Counted from the stretch's first letter, positions 8,595-15,765 are shown. The stretch: 15,765 nt of DNA from Candidatus Methylomirabilota bacterium (GCA_046726415.1 JBKPAK010000041.1:1-15765), one strand, 5' to 3'. Notes: a model not told the origin generated them from the sequence alone. Program-made: numbers and translations.

Positions 8595-9590
8595 GTGGCC
8601 AAGCTGAAGTTCGGCGCGTGGATTCCCACCTACGCGTGGACCGACAAGAGTGGCGGCGCCAGGAATGTGGCGAACATCCGGGCGTCGATCGAGAAGTGTG
8701 AGACATACGGGATCGACGTCTGGGTGATCGACCACCTGCTCTCGGCGCCCGGACTCTACGGCAACGCCTGGCAGGAACCACTGACCACCCTGGCCTATGC
8801 GGCGGCCCTCACCGAGAAAGTCAAGATCGCCACGGGGATCCTGGTGTTGCCCGTCCGGCATCCGGTCCTGCTGGCCAAGGAGATCTCGACGCTCTGCCAC
8901 ATGTCCAATAACCGCTACCTCTTCGGCGTCGGCCCCGGCTGGTACCATCGGGAGTACGAGGTGACGGGTTCACGCATCGAGGAACGCGGGAAGCGGACAG
9001 ACGAGATCATCGAGGCGGTCACCTTGCTGCTCACCGAGCCGAACGCGAGCTACGAGGGACGCTACTACCAGTTCAGGGACGTCACCATCGATCCGCGGCC
9101 GCCGAAGATGCCGCCCCTCTGGGTATCAGGCGGATCGCGCGTGCCCGATCCCACCGATCACGATGTCCCCGTGATCGCCAAGACCGTCATGGACCGCATC
9201 GTCAAGGCCGGCCACTGGCTCTCGCGCTGCTCGGGCAAGCAGGAATGGGTCAAGCGCGACTGGCGACAGCTCCTGGAGCATGCGAAGCTCCTCGGTCGCG
9301 ACCCGAGAACGCTGACGTTTGGTCATTGCAACTTCACCCACCTCGTGGACGAGAAGAGCCACGAGAAGGCGGCGGCCAAGTCCAGGGCGCCCTTCCTGCG
9401 CGCCATGGGCACGCACCGGTCGTGGGAACACCTGCAGGAGTGCTACATGATCGGCTCGCCCGACCGAATCGTCGCGCGCATCCAGGATCTCGTCCAGGCC
9501 GGCCTGAAGTACCTCGTGCTGGGGCCGGTCACCGAGGATCCCACCCAGATGGATCTGATGAACAAGCACATCGTGCGGGCATTCAAGTAA
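8595..9590 (+). CDS. LLM-class (luciferase-like) flavin/F420-dependent oxidoreductase, 331 aa
   Basis: RBS AAGGAG. VWVIDHL, EP.TTLAY.AA.T..V.I.TGILVLP.RHPV.LAK..STL, GVG.GW...EY, YEGRYY......I.PRP...PP.W..G and GSPD.I motifs. Confidence 0.9.
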   Translation: MAKLKFGAWIPTYAWTDKSGGARNVANIRASIEKCETYGIDVWVIDHLLSAPGLYGNAWQEPLTTLAYAAALTEKVKIATGILVLPVRHPVLLAKEISTLCHMSNNRYLFGVGPGWYHREYEVTGSRIEERGKRTDEIIEAVTLLLTEPNASYEGRYYQFRDVTIDPRPPKMPPLWVSGGSRVPDPTDHDVPVIAKTVMDRIVKAGHWLSRCSGKQEWVKRDWRQLLEHAKLLGRDPRTLTFGHCNFTHLVDEKSHEKAAAKSRAPFLRAMGTHRSWEHLQECYMIGSPDRIVARIQDLVQAGLKYLVLGPVTEDPTQMDLMNKHIVRAFK

Positions 9591-9615
9591 GTATCGTGCG
9601 GGCATTCAAGTAAGT
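9570..9615 (+). repeat. Perfect tandem duplication, 2 x 23 bp (ATCGTGCGGGCATTCAAGTAAGT)
   Basis: Copies at 9570-9592 and 9593-9615. They duplicate the last six codons and stop of the LLM gene. Confidence 0.95.
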
Positions 9616-9635
9616 AAGGAAAGGTCAGGTCAGCC

Positions 9636-10196
9636 ATGATGAGAAGGCATTCCCTCGGGCTCATGAAAGGCGTGGCCCTCGCCGGCCTGGCCGCCGTCCT
9701 CCTGATGGGCGGCCAGGCCGGCGCGGCGCCGGACTTCGCGGCCATGCAGGTCCAGCCCTACGAGCCGCCGAAGCCAGCTCCGCCCTTCTCGCTTCCCGAT
9801 CTCAACGGCAAGACACACCAGCTGGCCGACCTACGCGGCAAGGCGGTGATGATCTTCTTCTGGACCACGTGGTGACCGGACTGTCGGAGGGAGTTGCCCT
9901 CCGTCAACCAGCTGTACGGAGAGTACCGTAGCAAGGGTCTCGAGGTCCTGCTCGTCAACTTTCGCGAGAGCCCGGCCGCGGTGAAGCGAGCGGTCGGGGA
10001 GCGGGGCTACACCGCCCCCGTGCTCCTCGACGAGAGCGGCGAGGTGACGGGGCGCCTCTACGGTGTCTGGGGTCCTCCCACGGTGTATCTGATCGATCGG
10101 CAAGGCCGGCTCGTGGGGCGCGCCACCGGTCCGCGCGGCTGGGACTCACCGCAGGCCCGCAAGTTCATCGACGCGCTGCTCGCCGAGAAGTCCTGA
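9636..10196 (+). CDS. Exported TlpA/ResA-like thiol:disulfide oxidoreductase, selenoprotein (UxxC; Sec80 at TGA 9873-9875), 186 aa
   Basis: ORFs 9636..9875 and 9894..10196 are in the same frame. Read-through gives signal peptide-...PAPPFSLPDLNGK...L.DLRGKAVMIFFWTTW-U-PDCRRELPSVNQLY...GLEVLLVN...GVWGPPTVYLIDRQG...GPRGWDS, a complete TlpA fold. Confidence 0.9.
9876..9911 (+). promoter_or_regulatory. Putative bacterial SECIS element
   Basis: Stem CGGAGGG(9885-9891)/CCCTCCG(9897-9903) with loop AGTTG (G at loop position 2), extended by TG/CA pairs. The loop starts 17 nt after the UGA. Confidence 0.75.
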
Positions 10197-10262
10197 CGGC
10201 GCGGGCAGGCCGCGGCCCCCACCGGGTTCCGCGTCGAGGAAGACCGGGCCGGCCCGGCTCGC

Positions 10263-10691
10263 CTACGCGGTCGTCCGATTCAGATAGTCTCGAACTCCCT
10301 GAAGATAGAGGGGGATATCGCGGAGCGCCGTCCGCAGGGCCTCGTACACCATGCGCGGATCGATCTCATCGTACTCGTGGGCGATGCGGTTGCGCAGCCC
10401 GGCACAGGAGGCGATCTGATCGGCGAAGTCGCGCGAGAGGATTCCGAGCTTCGTCAGGTACGTGAACGAGGCGTGGTAGTCGGCCGGAGGCGGGTGGCCC
10501 GACTCCGTGATGAGGTGATAGTTGATATCGATCATTCGGCCGATGGCGCGTTCGAGGCACCGCTCGGCCGCCAGTTCGCCGATGTCGCTGGCCAGAAAGT
10601 CGGCCCGGGACTTCTGGGCCATTCGCCGGAGAGTGTCCAGATCACCCGTAATGAGCACCATCTTTCGGATGACGAGGTCGGCGTCGATCAC
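10263..10691 (-). CDS. hepT: HEPN/DUF86 ribonuclease toxin (HepT), 142 aa
   Basis: GTG start overlapping the MNT stop (GTGA). AAER.LE..I....DI and RNRIAHEY (RX4HXY) motifs. The track's 299-aa ORF is over-extended. Confidence 0.9.
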   Translation of the reverse strand: MIDADLVIRKMVLITGDLDTLRRMAQKSRADFLASDIGELAAERCLERAIGRMIDINYHLITESGHPPPADYHASFTYLTKLGILSRDFADQIASCAGLRNRIAHEYDEIDPRMVYEALRTALRDIPLYLQGVRDYLNRTTA

Positions 10692-11086
10692 GAGGGCGCC
10701 AGGATCCGTAGGGCTCGGTCCACGTAGATCCTTTCGAGGGCGAGATACCGGCGGTGATCGTGAAACCGCCTGAACGCGTACATCTTCAGCTCGTTCAGCC
10801 GGCGAGGTGAGCCATAGAGGAGTCGGCACTGCTCGACGATCCTCTTCAGAAACAGGGGATCGGCCCGGTTGATCAGGGCAAGGTCGATTTTCCGGTCGGG
10901 CGACAGGGTCTGGAGATCGTGGAGGAGATCGCTGAAGACCCGGAGCGAGGGGCACGGGTCCTCGAGCAAAGCGGCCAGGTCGAGGTCGCTCTTGGCATGC
11001 TCGCGCCCCGACACCGTCGAGCCGAACTGCACGAGCAGCACGACGCCGAATGTTCGCGCGATATCCTCGAGGCGGCGGGCATCCAT
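10688..11086 (-). CDS. mntA: Minimal nucleotidyltransferase antitoxin (MntA-like adenylyltransferase), 132 aa
   Basis: FGS-TVSGREHAKS-DLD = GSX10DXD, plus KIDLA.IN.A.P. GGAG RBS 8 nt upstream. Directly upstream of the HEPN gene. Confidence 0.9.
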   Translation of the reverse strand: MDARRLEDIARTFGVVLLVQFGSTVSGREHAKSDLDLAALLEDPCPSLRVFSDLLHDLQTLSPDRKIDLALINRADPLFLKRIVEQCRLLYGSPRRLNELKMYAFRRFHDHRRYLALERIYVDRALRILAPS

Positions 11087-11103
11087 GCGCGTATCTCCAT
11101 GGC

Positions 11104-11109
11104 ATTATA
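11104..11109 (-). promoter_or_regulatory. -10 box TATAAT of the mntA-hepT operon
   Basis: Perfect TATAAT on the minus strand, 17 nt upstream of ATG11086, in otherwise GC-rich DNA. Confidence 0.65.
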
Positions 11110-11207
11110 GCGGCCGTCCGCATACTGGGTGAGGCTCCGGAACTCACGGCGTCCGTGGACATTCATTCGCCAGGGGACCCTCCGGCAACGGTGCGCGCCG
11201 CGAGCGG

Positions 11208-11216
11208 TGCTAGACT
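11208..11216 (+). promoter_or_regulatory. Extended -10 (TGC-TAGACT), 7 nt before the CoA transferase GTG; leaderless-type promoter
   Basis: TGn + TANNNT, no SD, GTG at 11224. Confidence 0.55.
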
Positions 11217-11223
11217 CTCCCGC

Positions 11224-12411
11224 GTGAACCTCGCGCTCGAAGGCATCGTCGTCGCCGATCTCACGCAGAACGTGGCGGGTCCCTTCTGCACGCAGATTCT
11301 CGGCGACATGGGCGCCGAGGTCATCAAAGTCGAGCGTCCAGGACGCGGCGACGACGCGCGCGCCTGGGCCCCGCCTCACTGGGGCGAGGAGAGCGCGACC
11401 TTCCTGGCCTTCAACCGCAACAAGCGAAGCCTCGCCCTCGACCTCAAGCGCCACGGCGGGCTCGACGTCCTGCGCCGTCTCGTCAAACGCGCCGACGTGT
11501 TCGTGCAGAGCCTGCACGCCGGAGCCATCGAGGCACTCGGGCTGGACTTCGCCGGAGCCACGGCCATCAACCCGCGCCTCGTCTATTGCTCCATCAGCGC
11601 CTTCGGTCCCGACGGCCCGATGCGGGATCTGCCCGGCTACGATCCCCTCATGCAGGCCTACGGAGGCCTCATGTCGGTGAACGGCCATCCCGGCCAGGAG
11701 CCGGCGCGCGTCGGCACGTCCATCGTCGACATGGGGACGGGCATGTGGGCGGCGTTGGGCATCGTGGCTGCGATCCGCGAGCGCGATCGCACCGGACGCG
11801 CCGTCGAGATCACCACGGCCCTCTTCGAGACCGCGCTGATGTGGACTTCGTATCAGGCGATGGGCTGGCTGGCCACGGGCGAGGTCCCGCAGCCGCAGGG
11901 ATCGGGGACCGCGATGATCGCGCCGTACCAGGCGTTCCCTACTGTGGACGGCTATGCCATGATCGCCGCCGGCTCGGACTCGCTCTTCGCCCGCCTCACG
12001 GGCGCCCTGGGAGCGCCCGAGCTGGCGACTGATCGACGTTTCTCCGACAACCCCGCCCGCGTGCGTCACCGTCCGGCCCTGACCGACGCGCTGGGGGCAC
12101 TGACCCGGCGGTGGCGATCGTCGGAGCTCATCGAGACACTCCGCGCGGCGGGCGTACCCTGCGCGCCCATCCTCACCATCGACGCGGCCATCGCCGAGCC
12201 CCAGACGAAGGCCAGCGGCATGCTGGTGTCGGCACCGCACCCGCGAATTCCCGACTACGCGAGTCTCGGACTTCCTATTCGCTGGGACCGCGAGCGTCCC
12301 CAGGTGCGCCGGGTGCCTCCCCAACTGGGCGAGCATTCCACCGACGTCCTGACTTGGCTCGGCTACACCCTCGACGACGTCCGCGGCCTGCGCCGCCAGG
12401 GAGTGATCTGA
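11224..12411 (+). CDS. CaiB/BaiF family (class III) CoA transferase, 395 aa
   Basis: LEGIVVADLTQNVAGP...LGDMGAEVIKVE.P..GD..R, NRNKRSLALDLK, NPRLVYCSIS.FG..GP, GYD, catalytic Asp in SIVDMGTG and PPQLGEH. Confidence 0.92.
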   Translation: MNLALEGIVVADLTQNVAGPFCTQILGDMGAEVIKVERPGRGDDARAWAPPHWGEESATFLAFNRNKRSLALDLKRHGGLDVLRRLVKRADVFVQSLHAGAIEALGLDFAGATAINPRLVYCSISAFGPDGPMRDLPGYDPLMQAYGGLMSVNGHPGQEPARVGTSIVDMGTGMWAALGIVAAIRERDRTGRAVEITTALFETALMWTSYQAMGWLATGEVPQPQGSGTAMIAPYQAFPTVDGYAMIAAGSDSLFARLTGALGAPELATDRRFSDNPARVRHRPALTDALGALTRRWRSSELIETLRAAGVPCAPILTIDAAIAEPQTKASGMLVSAPHPRIPDYASLGLPIRWDRERPQVRRVPPQLGEHSTDVLTWLGYTLDDVRGLRRQGVI

Positions 12412-13226
12412 TGGACCCACGGCGGGGAAGCGCCGCCCCCACCTACCGCACCTTGCTCGCGGAGCGCTCACCGGACGGTCACGTGGTGACGGTGACCTTG
12501 AACCGCCCGGACCTCATGAACGCCATGAACACCGCCATGGGGGAAGATCTGCTCGCCTGCTTCACCAGCCTCCACGACGACCGCGACACCCGCGCGGTGA
12601 TCTTTACGGGCGCCGGTGAGCGGGCGTTCTGCGCAGGAGGCGACCTGAAAGAGCGCAACGAGATGACGGACGCGGCGTGGCGCGCCCAGCACGTCATCTT
12701 CGAGCACGCGGCCTTCGCCGTCCTCCGGTGTCCCGTGCCGGTGGTCGCCGCCGTGGAGGGTTTCGCGCTGGCCGGCGGCTGCGAATTGGCGCTGCTCTCC
12801 GATTTCATCGTCGCCGGGGAGACGGCCGTCTTCGGGCTTCCCGAGACGACGCTCGGCATCTTCCCTGGCATCGGAGGCACGCAGCTCATGCCCCGCGTGC
12901 TGGGCGCTCCGCTTGCCAAGGAGTTGATTTTCACCGGCCGCCGCATGAAGGTCGACGAGGCCAAGGCTGCGGGTCTCGTCAACCACGTGGTGCCCGCCGG
13001 CCAGTCGCGCGCGAAAGCCCGAGAGATCGCCGCCACCATCGCCGCCAACGGGCCGCTGGCGGTGCGCCAGGCCAAGAAGGCCATTATGGCGGGACTGGAT
13101 CGAGACCTCGAGTCGGCCATCATCCTGGCCATCGAGGCCTACAATGTGACTGTTGCGACCGAGGACCGGCTGGAGGGCGTACGAGCCTTCAACGAGAAGC
13201 GCACGGCGCGATTCAAAGGACGGTAG
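12411..13226 (+). CDS. Enoyl-CoA hydratase/isomerase (crotonase), 271 aa
   Basis: TGATG overlap. TLNRP...NA and AFCAGGDL motifs, both catalytic Glu (GGCEL, LPE..LG) and EG.RAF.EKR...F.G. Confidence 0.92.
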   Translation: MDPRRGSAAPTYRTLLAERSPDGHVVTVTLNRPDLMNAMNTAMGEDLLACFTSLHDDRDTRAVIFTGAGERAFCAGGDLKERNEMTDAAWRAQHVIFEHAAFAVLRCPVPVVAAVEGFALAGGCELALLSDFIVAGETAVFGLPETTLGIFPGIGGTQLMPRVLGAPLAKELIFTGRRMKVDEAKAAGLVNHVVPAGQSRAKAREIAATIAANGPLAVRQAKKAIMAGLDRDLESAIILAIEAYNVTVATEDRLEGVRAFNEKRTARFKGR

Positions 13227-13228
13227 CC

Positions 13229-14395
13229 ATGGCAGTGATGCCCCTGTCGCTCACCGACGATCAACGCGCTCTCAAGGCGGGTGTGGCCGACATCTGCAAG
13301 AAGTATCCAGGCGAGTACTGGCGAGAGCTGGACGTCAGGCGCGAATACCCGGAGGCCTTCGTCAACGAGTTGACGCAGGCTGGCTACCTCGGCGCCCTCA
13401 TTCCCCAGGAGTACGGCGGCGCCGGGCTTCCCATCGCCGACGGCGCCCTGATCCCCGAGACGATCCACGAGAATGGGGGCAACGCGGCGGCGTGTCACGC
13501 CCAGATGTACATCATGGGCACCGTGCTCCGACATGGCAGCGAGGAGCAGAAGCGAAAATATCTCCCCAAGATCGCGACCGGAGAGCTGCGCCTGCAGGCC
13601 TTCGGGGTCACCGAGCCCAATGCCGGCTCGGACACCACGAAACTGCAGACCACGGCCGTGCGCCGCGGCGACGGCTACGTGGTCAATGGCCGCAAGATCT
13701 TCATTTCCCGCGCGCTCCAGTCGGACATGATGCTGCTGCTGGCGCGCACCACGCCGGTCGATCAGGTCAAGAGGCGGACCGAGGGATTGTCCGTCTTCCT
13801 CATCGACATTCGCGGCATCGAGGGGCTCGAGATCCGGCCGCTGCGCATGATGATGAACCACTCGACCAACGCGCTCTTCTTCGACGATATGGAGATTCCC
13901 GCCGAGAGCCTCATCGGCGAGGAGGGCAAGGGTTTCTCCTACATCCTCGACGGCATGAACGCCGAGCGCATCCTGGTCGCCTCGGAGTCCATCGGCGACG
14001 GCCGCTGGTTCGTGGAGAGGGCGGCGACCTACTCCAGCCAGCGCGTGATCTTCGGCAAGCCCATCGGGGCCAACCAGGGGGTGCAGTTTCCCATTGCCAA
14101 AGCCCACATGTCGGTGGAGGCCGCGGCGCTGATGCGCAACAAGGCGGCCGCGCTCTTCGACGCGGGCGAGCCCGCCGGACCCGAGGCCAACATGGCAAAA
14201 TACCTCGCCGCGGAGGCGGCCTGGGAGGCGGGCAACGCCTGCATCGATTGCCACGGCGGCTATGGCTACGCGGAGGAATACGACGTCGAGCGAAAGTTTC
14301 GCGAATGCCGCCTCTACAAGACCGCCCCGGTGAACCAGAACCTCGTCATGGCCTACGTCGGTGAGCACGTCCTGGGGATGCCCCGCTCGTACTGA
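13229..14395 (+). CDS. Acyl-CoA dehydrogenase
   Basis: IPQEYGG.G, QK.KYLP, VTEPNAGSD, NG.K.FIS, LIGEEGKGF, NAER, R..FG.PI..NQ, HGGYGY..EY.VER. Start is ATG13229 or ATG13238. Confidence 0.93.
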   Translation: MAVMPLSLTDDQRALKAGVADICKKYPGEYWRELDVRREYPEAFVNELTQAGYLGALIPQEYGGAGLPIADGALIPETIHENGGNAAACHAQMYIMGTVLRHGSEEQKRKYLPKIATGELRLQAFGVTEPNAGSDTTKLQTTAVRRGDGYVVNGRKIFISRALQSDMMLLLARTTPVDQVKRRTEGLSVFLIDIRGIEGLEIRPLRMMMNHSTNALFFDDMEIPAESLIGEEGKGFSYILDGMNAERILVASESIGDGRWFVERAATYSSQRVIFGKPIGANQGVQFPIAKAHMSVEAAALMRNKAAALFDAGEPAGPEANMAKYLAAEAAWEAGNACIDCHGGYGYAEEYDVERKFRECRLYKTAPVNQNLVMAYVGEHVLGMPRSY

Positions 14396-14428
14396 GCGCC
14401 CGCCCACGAGCCCGAGGGCAGGACGATC

Positions 14429-14944
14429 TTGACCACCACGGCCGGGGTGTTAAGGCCGGAGGATGCGCACTTCATGGAGCTCGCCCTGAAGCACGCGTCC
14501 ATCGCCATCACCAAGGGCCAGACGCCGTGCGGGGCCGTGGTGCTGGATCACGACGGGCGGCTGATCGGCGAGGGTCACAACACCGTGCGCGCCGATCGGG
14601 ATCCCACGGCCCATGGGGAAGTTGTCGCCATTCGAGCCGCGTGGCAGCGAGTTGGGGACCGGCGACTGCTGGCCGGCGCCACCCTCTACACGACCATCGA
14701 GCCGTGCCTCCTCTGCTCGTTCGTCATCACCCAGCTCGGTTTCCGCCGCGTCGTGTTCGCCGCGCGCGGCACCGACGTGCCGACCTACCGGCCACTGTTC
14801 GGGGCCGACCTCCTCGAGGCCGCGGCCTGGGTGAATGCGCAGCCGGACTGGGCACCGCTGGAGGTCGTGGGCGACTTCATGCGCGAGCAGTCCTTGGAGA
14901 TCATCGCCGCGTTCCCTTGGATGCCGCCCGCCAACACCGCATAG
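14429..14944 (+). CDS. Zn-dependent nucleoside/nucleobase deaminase (CDA fold, TadA/GuaD-like)
   Basis: P.GAVV, G.N, DPTAHGE..AIR and TLYTT.EPCLLC motifs. TTG start uncertain (alternative ATG14474). Confidence 0.85.
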   Translation: MTTTAGVLRPEDAHFMELALKHASIAITKGQTPCGAVVLDHDGRLIGEGHNTVRADRDPTAHGEVVAIRAAWQRVGDRRLLAGATLYTTIEPCLLCSFVITQLGFRRVVFAARGTDVPTYRPLFGADLLEAAAWVNAQPDWAPLEVVGDFMREQSLEIIAAFPWMPPANTA

Positions 14945-15022
14945 CTCCGCCAGTGCCCTCGTCTGCGGCGGCCCGGCTCCTTACCAGGCGCGGTAGGTTG
15001 TCGAGCACCGTACGATAATGGG

Positions 15023-15765
15023 ATGGCTTTCGCTCCCCGCCTCAGCCGCCGCGCCGTTCTGGGCGGCTCTCTCGTCACCGCCGCCGGAGCGCTGGCCGGA
15101 TGCGTTCCCCCGGTGGGCCTGGCGTCGCCCGGCTTCTCCTTCGGCCCCGCGACCACCGACGTCACGGCGAGCTCGGCGCTCGTCTGGCTGCGTCCCCGCG
15201 GACCGGCGCGCGTCCAGGTCGAGTACGGGCTCGCCCGCGACTTCGCAGGGGCAGCGCTCACCTCCCCAGTCGACGCCATGTCCGATCGCGACTTCACCGT
15301 CACCGTCGAGCTGACCGACCTTCAGCCGGGCCACGAGTATTTCTACCGTGGCGCCATCGCGACGGCGACCGGAGCGGTGGAGCGCGGCGCGGTGGGCCGC
15401 TTCCGGACGGCCCCGAGCTCAGGTCAGGAGTTCCGCTTCGGATGGAGCGGCGACATGGAGGCCACCCACCAGCCCTACGCGCTGCTCGATCGCGTGGTGG
15501 CCCAGGCTCCTGATTTCTTTCTCCTCGTCGGCGACACGATTTATGCCGACAGCCCCCGCGACCAGACGGCGACCTCACTGGCCGGATATCGCGAGAAGCA
15601 TCGCGAAAACCGAGACGATCCGTACCTCCAGCGGCTTCTGGCGCGTGCCGCGGTTTCGGCCATCTGGGACGATCATGAGGTGGCCAACGATTTCGACAGC
15701 TCGTACCCGACCCTCGTCGAGGGGCGCACGGCCCTGCGCGAGTACTGGCCGATGCGCACGGCGGA
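15023..15765 (+). CDS. phoD: PhoD-family alkaline phosphatase, Tat lipoprotein (partial, runs off the window)
   Basis: Translated by hand: MAFAPRLSRRAVL...ALAGC..., DVTASSALVW.R, DFTV.V.L.DL.PG..Y.YR, GRFRTAP, PDFFLLVGDTIYAD and WDDHEVAND. TACGAT -10 at 15011-15016. Absent from the ORF track. Confidence 0.92.
   Translation, partial: MAFAPRLSRRAVLGGSLVTAAGALAGCVPPVGLASPGFSFGPATTDVTASSALVWLRPRGPARVQVEYGLARDFAGAALTSPVDAMSDRDFTVTVELTDLQPGHEYFYRGAIATATGAVERGAVGRFRTAPSSGQEFRFGWSGDMEATHQPYALLDRVVAQAPDFFLLVGDTIYADSPRDQTATSLAGYREKHRENRDDPYLQRLLARAAVSAIWDDHEVANDFDSSYPTLVEGRTALREYWPMRTA

Noticed and set aside
9636-10196. Interpretation as a nonsense-disrupted pseudogene or as two small genes
   Set aside because: The single stop is a TGA exactly at the catalytic Cys position, a SECIS-like stem follows, and there is no other decay.
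10244-10257. 14-bp palindrome CCGGGCCGGCCCGG between convergent genes as a terminator
   Set aside because: G/C-only, short stem and no U-tract on either strand, so it is likely chance.
72-14395. Apparent N-terminal extensions/fusions in track ORFs (72, 2072, 4122, 4367, 11050, 12111, 12677; 11162 on minus)
   Set aside because: Family homology, RBSs and stop/start overlaps place the true starts at 192, 2375, 4515, 5459, 11224, 12411, 13229 and 10691.
1189-14407. Long antisense/alternate-frame ORFs (e.g. 1189..2916-, 6933..8948-, 10873..12471-, 13139..14407-, 13153..14364+)
   Set aside because: Shadow ORFs of GC-rich genes. They are Arg/Ala/Pro-rich, have no motifs and overlap well-supported CDSs.
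1-15765. CRISPR array, tRNA/rRNA, transposase or integrase
   Set aside because: None seen. The only notable direct repeat is a two-copy tandem without a spacer.

Overview
GC-rich bacterial chromosomal segment, almost entirely on the + strand. The gene content is reminiscent of Ca. Rokubacteria/Methylomirabilota, but this taxonomy is a guess. In order: a possible divergent partial gene at the left edge; a LigB/LigA-type extradiol dioxygenase pair; a ribokinase; a complete LivKHMGF-type ABC transporter with a Tat-exported binding protein; a stand-alone cobalamin-independent methionine synthase II-family protein; a cupin; a luciferase-like (LLM) oxidoreductase; an exported TlpA/ResA-like thioredoxin; an inverted MntA/HepT (type VII) toxin-antitoxin pair; a CaiB-type CoA transferase / crotonase / acyl-CoA dehydrogenase operon; a Zn-dependent CDA-fold deaminase; and the 5' part of a Tat-lipoprotein PhoD that the ORF track misses. 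The strongest hidden signal is that the two short ORFs 9636..9875 and 9894..10196 form one gene. Its in-frame TGA sits at the first Cys of the CxxC motif (W-U-P-D-C) and is followed by a bacterial SECIS-like hairpin, indicating a selenoprotein. Other signals: a perfect 23-bp tandem duplication just upstream of that gene, a probable CTG start for livH, repeated leaderless-type promoters, a structured leader with a Met-Met uORF before the methionine synthase II gene, and an atypical Tyr in the LigB active site.
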